Source: Paracoccaceae bacterium
GTDB lineage: Bacteria > Pseudomonadota > Alphaproteobacteria > Rhodobacterales > Rhodobacteraceae
Direction of reading: 5' to 3'
Length of the DNA: 64,000 bases
NCBI GenBank assembly: GCA_036740275.1
Contig: DAINEH010000022.1
Location: 609 to 64,608 of the forward strand
Part shown: in pieces, positions 1-12,375 of the stretch
Layout of the letters: every line of letters begins with the position of its first letter
How positions within the stretch are numbered: the stretch's first letter is position 1
Notes under the pieces: model-generated
The model's input: only the letters and a program-made list of their open reading frames with translations
Databases searched by the model: none
What the model was told of the DNA's origin: nothing
Translations under genes and position numbers: made by a program

Positions 1-473
1 TGTCGCGACGCTTATCCTCCTTGGTGGCTTGCCTTGTGACTTCCGGCCTGTGACGCAGGGCTTAATGCCTTTGTCCTTCAACGGATATCTAAACTAAACA
101 GCGCATCAGCCGCTGCCGGCCGGAAGCCGCTCCGCCTTGAGAAGCTCCCAAGCTGGGCCGCCGCGCCTGTGTCGCTGCGGGCCGGGCGCGCCGCCATGAA
201 GAACCGGATCGAGCAGATGCGGGCATCTGTTGCTGCCTGAGTTCGGTGTTCATGCCGTCTTTGATTCAACCGATCAGACGTCCCCTTCGGTCCCCGGGGC
301 GCATTCTCGTTTCCAGGACCTGAAGGACCGCATTTTGTCTGAGTAACATCGGCCGCCGAGTTCGGCGCCTGACCCCGTTTTGTGATAGTGACTTGCCCGC
401 CGCGCGGCTTGACAAGCTTGGTCGTTCAAGTTGATCGTATCGCCGTGCGACGATGCACCTCAAAACCAAAAGC

Positions 474-516
474 GACGCAGCTGGACACCTCCGTATCCTC
501 TGCGTCTTATTGTTTT
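474..516 (+). terminator. Leader stem-loop plus U-rich tract upstream of the amide transporter/amidase operon (candidate AmiR-controlled attenuator)
   Basis: GACGCAG (474-480) pairs with CTGCGTC (500-506), with inner GGA/TCC pairing, followed by TTATTGTTTT (507-516). It lies 50 nt upstream of the 567 start codon, so it sits in a 5' leader rather than after a gene. Confidence 0.4.
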
Positions 517-566
517 GAAAGCGTGATCCGGTTTTCTGCTCTTTCGCCAGAACAGGGAATACGACC

Positions 567-1777
567 ATGAGACAACTCGCTAAAGTTCATATGACGGTTG
601 CCGCCTGCGCACTGATAGCGGCGCAGGCTGCGCATGGGGAAGCAAAGATCGGGGCTATCTTCGATCTGACCGGCGGCCTGAACATCTACGGCATCCAGCA
701 GGACAACGCGCTGAAACTTGCCGTCGAATCCATCAACGCGGCGGGCGGCCTCTTGGGTGAGCCGATCACGGTCGTCGGCTATGATGCGCAGTCCGAGCAA
801 TCGAAATACACCCAGTATGCCAATACCGCGATCCTCAAGGATGATGTCGATGCGCTCTTTGCGGGGCTGACCAGTTCCTCGCGCGAGGCGATCCGGCCGA
901 TCGTGCGCAAGGCGAATGTGCCCTATTTCTATTCGTCGCTCTACGAAGGCGGCGCCTGCGACAAGCAGACCTTCGTCACCGGGCCTTCCGCATCCCAGCA
1001 GCTTTCCGTCCTGATCACTGGGCCGTCAAGAAATACGGCAAGAAGATCTTCATCATGGCGCCGGACTACAACTTCGGCACGATCTCGGCGCACTGGGTGC
1101 ATGAATATGCCAAGCAACACGATGCCGAAGTCGTGGGCGAGGACATTCTGGCACTGACGGTGACCGACTATGCGCCGACCATCCAGAAGATCCAGGCCGC
1201 CAAGCCCGACTTCGTGGTCGCCCTGCCGGTCGGGGCCAGCCAGACAGGTTTCCTTGAGCAGTTCGCGGCGGCCGGGCTGAAGGACAGCATCGGCGTCGTC
1301 TCAACCAACTACGGCTCGGGCAACCAGCAGGTCGTCGTCTCGCCCGAGGCTGGCAAGGGCCTGATCGCCGATCAGGGCTACTTCATGGTCGTCGACAACC
1401 CGGCCAATGCCGAGTTCGTCAAGCTCTGGACGGCCAAGTATGGCGACAAGGAACCGATCATCTCGGGAGCGGTCGATACGTGGAATGCCGTCCATCTCTG
1501 GGCCGAGGCGGTCAAGAAGGCGGGCACGACGGACGCTGCGCCGGTGATTGCCGCGCTGGAAAGCGGGCTGACCTTCGATGCCCCGAACGGCACCGTCAAG
1601 CTTGAGCCCGGCTCGCATCACCTGCGGCAGAACATCTATATCGTCGAGGGCGATGACCAGCACAGCTTCAAGGTTCTTGAAACCATTGCGGATGTGGCCC
1701 CGGTGTTCGAGAACGAGAAATGCGATCTCGTTGCGAACCCTGACCTGGTCGAGCATTTCGACCCTGCTTCCAACTGA
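567..1777 (+). pseudogene. Periplasmic amide/urea-type (Leu/Ile/Val-binding family) ABC substrate-binding protein, frameshifted
   Basis: Two overlapping ORFs (567-1157 and 1055-1777) together make one ~400-aa type-I binding protein with a signal peptide (MRQLAKVHMTVAACALIAAQAAHG). Reading QQLSVLI then switching frame near 1011-1019 gives ..HWAVKKYGKKIFIMAPDYNFG.., a continuous protein. The first frame runs into an Arg/Ser-rich nonsense tail. Confidence 0.8.
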
Positions 1778-1850
1778 TCCGTGAGCTAACTGGTGGGAGG
1801 GGGCAGGCTGCACTCCTCCCACCTGAGCGACCCACTTTCGGGAGGAAACC

Positions 1851-2718
1851 ATGGGTATCGACTATCTGGCGACGGTGCTGCTGTCGTCGCTTTCCAGCGC
1901 ATCCATTCTGCTGATCGCGACCATCGGTCTTGCGGTGGTTTTCGGCCTGATGGGGGTGATCAATCTCGCCCATGGGGAGTTTCTGATGATCGGGGCCTAT
2001 TCGGCGCTGACGGCGGCGCAGATGGGCGTTCCCTACATCCTTTCGATTCCCATCGCGGTCGTGGTGACAATGGCCATCGGCGCCGTGGTGGAGATGCTGA
2101 TCATCCGCAGGCTTTACGGGCGCATCTTCGACACGATGCTGGCGACCTGGGGGATCAGCATCGTCTTCTATCAGCTCGCGGTCCTCATTTTCGGCACCGT
2201 GACGCCCGGCATCGGCATGCCGCAATACAGCATCAGGATCGGCGCCTACAGCCTCGCGGGGTATCCTCTGCTGATGATCGGCGTCGCGGCACTGATGGGG
2301 GCGTTTGTCTATCTGCTGATGACGCGAACCGTCTATGGCATGAAAGCCCGCGCTTCGATCCAAGAGCCGGAAATGGCGCAAGCCATCGGCATTGAGTCGG
2401 CCCGCGTGAGCACCCTGACCTTTGCAATCGGCTGCGGCCTTGCCGGGTTCGCGGGCGCTGTCCTGCTGCCGATCGTTCCGGCCACGCCTTCCATGGGCTT
2501 TGCCTTCGTCATCAAGGCCTTCCTGACCGTGGTCGTGGCCGGGCCGGTGACGCTGACCGGCTCCGCCTTGACAGCCCTCGGCCTTGGGGGGGGGCGCGTC
2601 GATCACTGCGAGTTACCTCACCTCGGTTGCGGGTGACATCTTCTTCTTCCTGATCACCGCTGTCCTGCTCTGGCTGTATCCCCTTGGGATCTCGGCCAAG
2701 TGGCGCCGCAAGCTCTGA
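1851..2718 (+). pseudogene. LivH-type branched-chain/amide ABC permease, frameshifted in a G9 homopolymer
   Basis: Good SD (GGAGG 1841-1845). The multi-TM LivH-like sequence ends in a nonsense tail (GGGRVDHCELPHLGCG*) after a run of 9 G (2586-2594). With 8 G the frame continues as ..GGGASITASYLTSVAGDIFFFLITAVLLWLYPLGISAKWRRKL* and stops at 2716-2718, a typical LivH C-terminus. Confidence 0.8.
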
Positions 2719-2726
2719 GGCACCGG

Positions 2727-3887
2727 ATGCCACTTTCGCAAACTCTCCATGACCGCGCGGGCACGGTCTTTCCATTGATAGCCACGGTCCTCGCCTTGGG
2801 CGCGGCAAAGGTCATCGACCCCTACCTCGCCTATGTCGCGACCTCATGGATCATCTTCGGCCTGCTTGGCCTCAGCCTTGATGTCGTCTGGGGGCGCGGC
2901 GGCTTCCTGAGCCTGACGCAGACGGCGTTTTACGGGCTTGGCGGCTATTTCGGGAGCCTTGTCGCCGTCAACCTGTCCGAGGCAACGGGCCATTCGGTTC
3001 TCTGGAGCCTGCCTGCGGGCGCGCTCTTCGGCGCGGTGATCGCCGCCGGTCTGGGCTGGATCATCTTCTATGCCCGCATGGGTCCGCTGCAAAGCACGAT
3101 CCTGTCCTACACCTTCACCCTGCTTCTGTGGTCGGTCAGCCAGTCCTTCAAGCTCACTGTCGGTTCGGCGGTCATCGGGGGCGACAACGGAATGTCGAAC
3201 ATTCCGGGCTATGTCCTTGGCTTTGGAAAAGGCGCCGAAGCGCTTGGCCCTGATGCCGGGCTGATGTTCGTCATCTTGGTTGCATCGGCCGCCTACTTTG
3301 CGACCCGCCACCTGATGAAAGGCACCTTCGGCACCATCATCGACAGCATCCGGCTTGATGGTCAGAAGACCGAGCTTCTCGGCTATGACGTGCGCCGCTA
3401 TCAGGTTCTGAACTTTGCCTGGTCCGGCGGGCTGGCAGGGCTGGCAGGGGCGCTGTTTGCCGGCTGGGCCAATTATCTGAACCCGTCGATCTTTTCGGTG
3501 CAGGAGGCGCTTCTGGTGCCGATCTATGTGCTGGTCGGCGGCCTCGGCACCCTTGCCGGCCCCTTCGTCGGTGCGCTGCTGATCGGCGGGCTGTCGTTCT
3601 GGCTGGGTGGCGGCGCGGTCGGCGGGCAGACAACGCTGATCCTTGGGATCGTGCTGATCCTCTTGGTTCTGTTTCTGAAGAACGGGGTGCTTGGCGGCCT
3701 TGACCAACTCCGGCGCTCCACGTTGCCTGATCCCAATGCCGCAGCGCGCGGTGCCGGTGCGGTTTCGATCAACGCGACGGAACTGGAGCAGATCCTGACC
3801 GGGGCCGAGGCGCAGGCGGGACCGGCGAAACCCTTGAAGACCGAAAAACTGTTCAAGCGTTTCGGCGGTGTGATCCCCGTGAACTAG
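2727..3887 (+). CDS. LivM-type ABC permease; N-terminal part of a fused permease/ATPase gene interrupted by an in-frame TAG
   Basis: ATG at 2727 follows GAGG (2717-2720). The multi-TM LivM-like body has a last ~20 aa (LKTEKLFKRFGGVIPVN) that form the conserved first beta-strand/FGG motif of a LivG-type ATPase. The ORF then stops at TAG 3885-3887, in frame with the next ORF. Confidence 0.8.
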   Translation: MPLSQTLHDRAGTVFPLIATVLALGAAKVIDPYLAYVATSWIIFGLLGLSLDVVWGRGGFLSLTQTAFYGLGGYFGSLVAVNLSEATGHSVLWSLPAGALFGAVIAAGLGWIIFYARMGPLQSTILSYTFTLLLWSVSQSFKLTVGSAVIGGDNGMSNIPGYVLGFGKGAEALGPDAGLMFVILVASAAYFATRHLMKGTFGTIIDSIRLDGQKTELLGYDVRRYQVLNFAWSGGLAGLAGALFAGWANYLNPSIFSVQEALLVPIYVLVGGLGTLAGPFVGALLIGGLSFWLGGGAVGGQTTLILGIVLILLVLFLKNGVLGGLDQLRRSTLPDPNAAARGAGAVSINATELEQILTGAEAQAGPAKPLKTEKLFKRFGGVIPVN

Positions 3888-4544
3888 GTGTCGCTGGCGT
3901 TCGTTCCGGGGCGGCCCTTCTCGCTGATCGGGCCGAACGGGGCAGGCAAAAGCTCGTTCCTGAAAACCTGCGTCGGAGTCTATGAGCCGGAGGGCGGCAC
4001 AGTCACCATCGGCGGCAGGGATGTCACGAAAGCCCCGATCTTCCGGCGCGTTCATGCCGGCATGGGGGTCAAGAACCAGAAGCCGCAGGTCTTTGGCGAT
4101 CTGACTGTCAGGGTCAACCTGTGGATCGCAGCCTATTCCCGCGTCAAGGACCGGGAAAAGGCCGCCGGGATTGCGGGCAAGATCATCGCCATGCTCGGGC
4201 TTCAGGATCAGGCCGGCGTGCAGGCCTCGGCGCTGTCGCATGGCCAGCAGCAGTGGCTGGATATCGGCATGGTCCTTTGTCTCGCCCCGCGCGTCGTTCT
4301 TCTGGACGAACCCGCTGCGGGCATGACCAACGAGGAAACCCGCGAGCTTTCGGGGCTTGTCCGCATACTGGCCAGGTTCACCACCGTCATCGTCGTCGAG
4401 CATGACATGGAGTTCGTGCGCACCCTTCAGGGCCACGTCACCGTTCTGCATCAGGGCGAGGTCTTCGCCGAAGGCGACATCGAGACGTTGCGCGCCGACG
4501 ACCGGGTTCTCGACATCTACCTCGGGAGGCGCGAGCATGTTTAG
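3888..4544 (+). CDS. LivG-type ABC ATPase lacking its own N-terminus; C-terminal part of the interrupted permease/ATPase fusion
   Basis: It starts directly after the TAG, in the same frame, with VSLAFVPGRPFSLIGPNGAGKSS (Walker A), then LSHGQQQWLDIG (signature-like) and VVLLDEPAAGM (Walker B). The N-terminal strand is encoded in the preceding ORF. Confidence 0.8.
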   Translation: MSLAFVPGRPFSLIGPNGAGKSSFLKTCVGVYEPEGGTVTIGGRDVTKAPIFRRVHAGMGVKNQKPQVFGDLTVRVNLWIAAYSRVKDREKAAGIAGKIIAMLGLQDQAGVQASALSHGQQQWLDIGMVLCLAPRVVLLDEPAAGMTNEETRELSGLVRILARFTTVIVVEHDMEFVRTLQGHVTVLHQGEVFAEGDIETLRADDRVLDIYLGRREHV

Positions 4545-5235
4545 GATCAGCAATGCCACTGGCGGATATGGCAAGACCACCATCATCCGCGACGTCGCCT
4601 TGCAGGTCGCAAAGGGTGAGGTCGTCGCCCTTCTGGGCCGGAACGGTGTCGGCAAGTCGACCCTGATGCGCTACGCGACAGGGCTGATCCCGCCGATGGG
4701 CGGGCAGGTCGAGATCGGCGGCCAGATCGCGCCGCCGACGCCGGCCAAGCGCGCCAAGCTCGGCCTCGGATATGTGCCGCAGGGGCGGTTCGTGTTCCCG
4801 CGCATGACGGTGACCGAGAACATCGCCGTCGCCGCCGCCAGCAATGGCCACAGCGCCAGGGATGCCGTCGCCGAAGCCATGGCCGACTTTCCGATGCTGA
4901 AACCCAAGGCCAACGATCTCGCCGGCGGGCTTTCCGGCGGGCAGCAGCAGGTTCTGGCGCTGGCTCGCGCGCTGGCAATCCGGCCGAAGATCCTGTTGCT
5001 GGATGAGCCGACCGAAGGGGTGCAGCCCTCGATCATTGACGAGATGGCCGGCATCCTGAAACGGATCAACCACGAGCGCGGCATCGCCATCCTGGTGGCC
5101 GAGCAGGATCTGGACTTCTGCCTGTCAATCGCCAGCCGCGCCTATGTCATGGAGAAGGGTTCGATCCGTCTGGAAACCGACCGCGAAAGCCTGAAGGCCG
5201 ACAAGGCGCTTCAACAGCAATTGCTGGGGGTCTGA
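4537..5235 (+). CDS. LivF-type ABC transporter ATP-binding protein
   Basis: ATG 4537 follows GGGAGG (4524-4529) and overlaps the upstream stop. Motifs: Walker A GRNGVGKST, signature LSGGQQQ, Walker B ILLLDEPTEG. The track ORF from 4357 has an implausible Ser-rich extension. Confidence 0.88.
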   Translation: MFRISNATGGYGKTTIIRDVALQVAKGEVVALLGRNGVGKSTLMRYATGLIPPMGGQVEIGGQIAPPTPAKRAKLGLGYVPQGRFVFPRMTVTENIAVAAASNGHSARDAVAEAMADFPMLKPKANDLAGGLSGGQQQVLALARALAIRPKILLLDEPTEGVQPSIIDEMAGILKRINHERGIAILVAEQDLDFCLSIASRAYVMEKGSIRLETDRESLKADKALQQQLLGV

Positions 5236-5236
5236 G

Positions 5237-5392
5237 ATGAAGGACGACGTCACTCTGACGCAGGATCAGCAGTCCCGCATTTCCAGAACGCTCGCGCGCA
5301 TCCGCGAAGGATTGGCGCGGTTTTCCGCCACGGAGCCGCCTGAGCCCGCCCCCACTTTCAAGCCGGAGGCTTTCGATGACCAACCCCGTTGA
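5237..5392 (+). CDS. 51-aa ORF, possible AtzG/GatC-like (DUF4089-like) small partner of the downstream amidase
   Basis: Not in the ORF track because it is under 60 aa. ATG 5237 lies 1 nt after the LivF stop. Translation: MKDDVTLTQDQQSRISRTLARIREGLARFSATEPPEPAPTFKPEAFDDQPR*. It overlaps the amidase start by 17 nt. The helical N-half plus the EPxPxF C-terminal motif resemble small GatC/AtzG-type amidase subunits as I recall them. Confidence 0.45.
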   Translation: MKDDVTLTQDQQSRISRTLARIREGLARFSATEPPEPAPTFKPEAFDDQPR

Positions 5393-6743
5393 AAGCCTGT
5401 CCGGCCAGGTCGCGGCCTTGGCCGGAGGCTCCGCAACGCCAAGCTCTCTGGCAGAACACGCGCTTGAGCGCGCGGCAGAGCTTGGCGATCTGAACGCCTT
5501 CGTTGCTTTGGACCCCGGAACCATCCTCGCCCAGGCCAAGGCGGCAACGGCACGCCGAAAGGCCGGGCGGGCGCTGAGCGCGATCGACGGCATCCCGATC
5601 GCAGTCAAGGACAACTACCTGACCCGCGATTTTCCGACCACCGCCTGCTCGCGCGCCTTGCCGGGCGAAAGCGACGGCGTCGATGCGACAGTCGTTGCCA
5701 AACTGCGGGCCGCAGGCGCCGTGATTTTCGGCAAGACCAACATGCATGAATGGGCTTACGGCGCGACGAATGGCACATCGTCCTTCGGCCCCACGCTCAA
5801 CCCCCATGACAAGGGCCGGATCACCGGCGGCAGCAGTGGCGGCTCGGCCGCAGCGGTGGCCGCCGGCATCGTTGGTGCAGCACTTGGCAGCGATACGGGC
5901 GGATCGGTGCGCATTCCGTCGGCTGCCTGTGGCATCTACGGCTTCAAGCCAGGTTACGGACGCGCCTCGCGCCATGGCGTCCTTGCGCTCAGTTGGTCTC
6001 TGGACGCGCCGGGACCGCTGGCACGAGAGCTTGACGATATCGAACGGCTGCTGCCCTACTTCCTTGGCCCTGACTCTGCCGACCCTTCCACCTTTGGCTC
6101 GGTGCCGATGCAGCCCACCGGGTTTCGCGCCGAGCCTTTGCTGCTTGCCCTGACCGGCAAGGGGCTTGAGCGTTCGGACGAGGTAGAGGCCGCCCTTGCC
6201 GCGGCCTTGCGGGCGGGTGGAATGCCGGTCGCCGAGGCGGAGCTGCCGGCGATCGACAGCTACTTCGCGGCATGGGAAGCGATCCTGCACTGCGAGGCCA
6301 CCGCCTATCACCGGGAACGTCTGGCGACCTCTGCGGCAGGCTTTTCGCCGGTGACGCTCGCGCATCTGAAGGCCGGGACACAGATCACCGCCGATGAATA
6401 TCTTCGGGCACAGGCCATCAGGACCTCCTTCGTCGAGATGCTTCTGAAACGAATGGGGAAATGGGACGCACTGGTGTTGCCGACATTGCCGGTCGTGGCC
6501 CCTCTGGTCGGGGAAGACTGGCAAGAGTTTGGTGGACGCAAGGTAACGACGCAGGATAGCATGACCTGGTTCTGCTGGATCGGAAACCTTGCGGGCCTTC
6601 CATGTGTGACGATTCCGGTTCCGAACTCCGGTTCCGGGCTGCCGGTAGGAATGATGCTGATGGGCCGCCCCGGGAAAGACGAGGACTTGCTGGCAATCGC
6701 CAAGATGCTGGATAGCCGGATCAACGGAAAGGCGACATCTTGA
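5376..6743 (+). CDS. Amidase-signature (AS) family amidase
   Basis: 455 aa. Gly/Ser-rich AS motif GGSSGGSAAAVAAG, catalytic-Lys context IPIAVKDN, and GSDTGGSVRIPSAACG. SD GGAGG lies 6 nt upstream. Confidence 0.92.
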   Translation: MTNPVESLSGQVAALAGGSATPSSLAEHALERAAELGDLNAFVALDPGTILAQAKAATARRKAGRALSAIDGIPIAVKDNYLTRDFPTTACSRALPGESDGVDATVVAKLRAAGAVIFGKTNMHEWAYGATNGTSSFGPTLNPHDKGRITGGSSGGSAAAVAAGIVGAALGSDTGGSVRIPSAACGIYGFKPGYGRASRHGVLALSWSLDAPGPLARELDDIERLLPYFLGPDSADPSTFGSVPMQPTGFRAEPLLLALTGKGLERSDEVEAALAAALRAGGMPVAEAELPAIDSYFAAWEAILHCEATAYHRERLATSAAGFSPVTLAHLKAGTQITADEYLRAQAIRTSFVEMLLKRMGKWDALVLPTLPVVAPLVGEDWQEFGGRKVTTQDSMTWFCWIGNLAGLPCVTIPVPNSGSGLPVGMMLMGRPGKDEDLLAIAKMLDSRINGKATS

Positions 6744-7876
6744 GCAGGCCGGGCCTGAGGATCGGAGTCCTCTTTTCGCAGTCAGGACCGATGGCGATGA
6801 CAGAGAATGCCCATATCAAGGGCATCCTTCTGGCTTGCGAAGAGATCAACGGGGGCGGTGGCATAGCGGGGCGGATGATCGACCCGATCATCCTGGACCC
6901 GGCCGGGTCGGATGCGCGCTATGCCGCGCTTGCCACCGAACTCTTGCTGAAGCACCGGGCCAACGTCATCTTCGGCGCCTGTCTTTCGACCAGCCGCAAG
7001 GCCGTGCTGCCGGTGGTCGAACGGTTCAACGGTATCCTCTTCTACCCGTCGGTCTACGGGGGGTTCGAGTATTCGCCGAACGTGGTTTACGGTGGGGCGG
7101 TGCCGAACCAGGTTGTGCTGCCCTTGCTCGAATACCTTCTTCAGAACCGGGGGAAGCGGTTTGCCCTGATTGGCTCGGACACGCTTTACGCCCGCGAAGT
7201 GAACCGTATCGTCATGGAGTTTCTTGCGGAAAGCGGCGGGGAAATCGCTCTGGAAACCTATGCACCGCTCGGCGCAACGGAGGGACACTTCGGGGTCATC
7301 CTCTCGCGACTGTCGGACGGGGGCGCGGATGCGATCATTTCCACGGTCGTCGGCGAAGACAGCATCTCGCTCTACAACGCATTTTCCGCGGCCGGGCTGA
7401 ACGGAGAGCGGCTGCCCATCGCTTCGCTCACCACGACAGAATCCGAACTGGGGCGTATCCGGCCGGAGGCGCGAGTCGGCCATATCTCGGTCACGTCCTA
7501 TTTTTCGACCCTCCCGTTGCCAGCAAGCGTTTCGTTCCGCAGCGCGTTTCACCAGCGTTTCGGCAGCGGTGAAGAACCGGGCGTCTACAGTCAGGTCTGC
7601 TATTCGCAGGTCCATATGTTCGCCGATGCCGTGCGCCAGGCCGGCAGCGATGAAACCGACACCCTGCTGTCTGCACTGTCCGGCGCGGTCCTCAAGGGTC
7701 CGGCCGGCGATCTTTTCCTGGATACGGATACCAATCACGCCTCGCTTCGGCCGCTGATCGGCAAAGCTGCGGCGGACGGCACCTTCGAGATCATCTGGCG
7801 GGGTGCGAATGTCATTCGACCGGACCCCTATCTGGTGGGCTACGACCGGTCGGTCGCAGGGCGCATGACAGCATGA
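6740..7876 (+). CDS. amiC: AmiC-like amide-sensing negative regulator (cytoplasmic periplasmic-binding-protein fold)
   Basis: 378 aa with no signal peptide. IGVLFSQSGPMA..., RKAVLPVVER, YPSVYGGFEYSPNVVYGGAVPNQ closely parallel Pseudomonas aeruginosa AmiC as recalled. TTG start overlaps the amidase stop (TTGA). Confidence 0.85.
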   Translation: MSRPGLRIGVLFSQSGPMAMTENAHIKGILLACEEINGGGGIAGRMIDPIILDPAGSDARYAALATELLLKHRANVIFGACLSTSRKAVLPVVERFNGILFYPSVYGGFEYSPNVVYGGAVPNQVVLPLLEYLLQNRGKRFALIGSDTLYAREVNRIVMEFLAESGGEIALETYAPLGATEGHFGVILSRLSDGGADAIISTVVGEDSISLYNAFSAAGLNGERLPIASLTTTESELGRIRPEARVGHISVTSYFSTLPLPASVSFRSAFHQRFGSGEEPGVYSQVCYSQVHMFADAVRQAGSDETDTLLSALSGAVLKGPAGDLFLDTDTNHASLRPLIGKAAADGTFEIIWRGANVIRPDPYLVGYDRSVAGRMTA

Positions 7877-8472
7877 CCGAAGAGACTTCGTCTCGAAGCG
7901 ATACGTTGTTGCGCCGGCTGCGGCGGATGCGCGTGCTTGTCATTCACCCCGACGATCCCGAACGGGAAATGTTTCTGGCCCATCTTCGGCGGATCGGCTG
8001 TCAGGTTGAAAGCATCTGGCCCGCACCGTCGTCCCTGCCTGATAAGGCCGATGTCGTCCTTTTCCTGGTCAACCGAATTCACGACAAGGGAGCCTTGTCC
8101 TGGATGTCGACGGCGGACGATATCGCCCGCATCGGCATCATCTCGTTCGAGACGCCGGAGATCCTGGAAGAACTGGAACGCCTGCACGTTCATGGCGTGC
8201 TGTCCAAACCCATCCGCCTCTTCGGTGTGCTTGCGGCTCTTACGACTGCAATCAGCCTCGTGCGCCGCGAAGCACGGCTGAACAAGCGTATCCTCGCCCT
8301 GGACAATACCCTGAAAGCCCGCCGCAAAGTCGAGAAGGCGGTCCAGATCCTCGCCGAAAACCGCTCGATCTCCGAGGCGGAGGCCTACGCGCGTATCCGG
8401 GAACGTTCGATGCAGTCAAAGGAAAGCATATCAAGCATTGCGGATGCGATTGTCGCGGCGAGCGATATATGA
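7873..8472 (+). CDS. amiR: AmiR-like ANTAR-domain transcription antiterminator
   Basis: 199 aa. The pseudo-receiver N-domain (RVLVIHPDDPE...RIGCQVESIWP) plus a coiled-coil and a C-terminal ANTAR-like helix bundle (KAVQILAENRSISEAEAYARIRERSMQSKESI) parallel P. aeruginosa AmiR. ATGA overlap with amiC. Confidence 0.88.
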   Translation: MTEETSSRSDTLLRRLRRMRVLVIHPDDPEREMFLAHLRRIGCQVESIWPAPSSLPDKADVVLFLVNRIHDKGALSWMSTADDIARIGIISFETPEILEELERLHVHGVLSKPIRLFGVLAALTTAISLVRREARLNKRILALDNTLKARRKVEKAVQILAENRSISEAEAYARIRERSMQSKESISSIADAIVAASDI

Positions 8473-8518
8473 CACCCGTCTAGGTGAAATTCGCCGGACG
8501 CAACACTATGGGCAAATC

Positions 8519-8553
8519 GCGCAAAGCTATGCTTAGAACGCAAGGCTTTGCGC
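8519..8553. terminator. Stem-loop between convergent amiR and gyrB (possible bidirectional terminator)
   Basis: GCGCAAAGC (8519-8527) pairs with GCTTTGCGC (8545-8553), a 9-bp stem with a 17-nt loop. There is no clear U-tract on either strand. Confidence 0.35.
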
Positions 8554-8567
8554 AATCCTACACCGCC

Positions 8568-12310
<3,743 letters not shown>

Positions 12311-12375
12311 CGGTTCGTCCTCGGGCGGCAAGACAGCATCATATAGGCTATCCGGCCGCCAAAGAGAACAGGCGG

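Noticed and set aside
300-566. A canonical ANTAR dual-hexaloop RNA motif upstream of the operon.
   Set aside because: I looked for two short stems with 6-nt loops (A at position 1, G at position 4) overlapping the 5' arm of the 474-506 terminator and could not find a convincing pair by eye. Only the terminator-like hairpin itself is reported.
3885-3887. The in-frame TAG as programmed recoding (pyrrolysine or a suppression-type readthrough).
   Set aside because: There is no pyl-type context or recoding signal. The gene sits among two other plainly damaged transporter genes, so a nonsense mutation or base-call error is far more parsimonious.
2844-4655. Very long antisense ORFs: 603 aa here, plus similar ones at 9003-10697 (+), 18233-19801 (-), 43919-44947 (+), 47884-49329 (+) and 55668-56606 (+).
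   Set aside because: They are typical high-GC shadow ORFs. Their products are Arg/Gly/Pro/Asp-rich and low-complexity with no recognisable motifs. Each lies exactly antisense to a gene with strong motif support and correct operon coupling.
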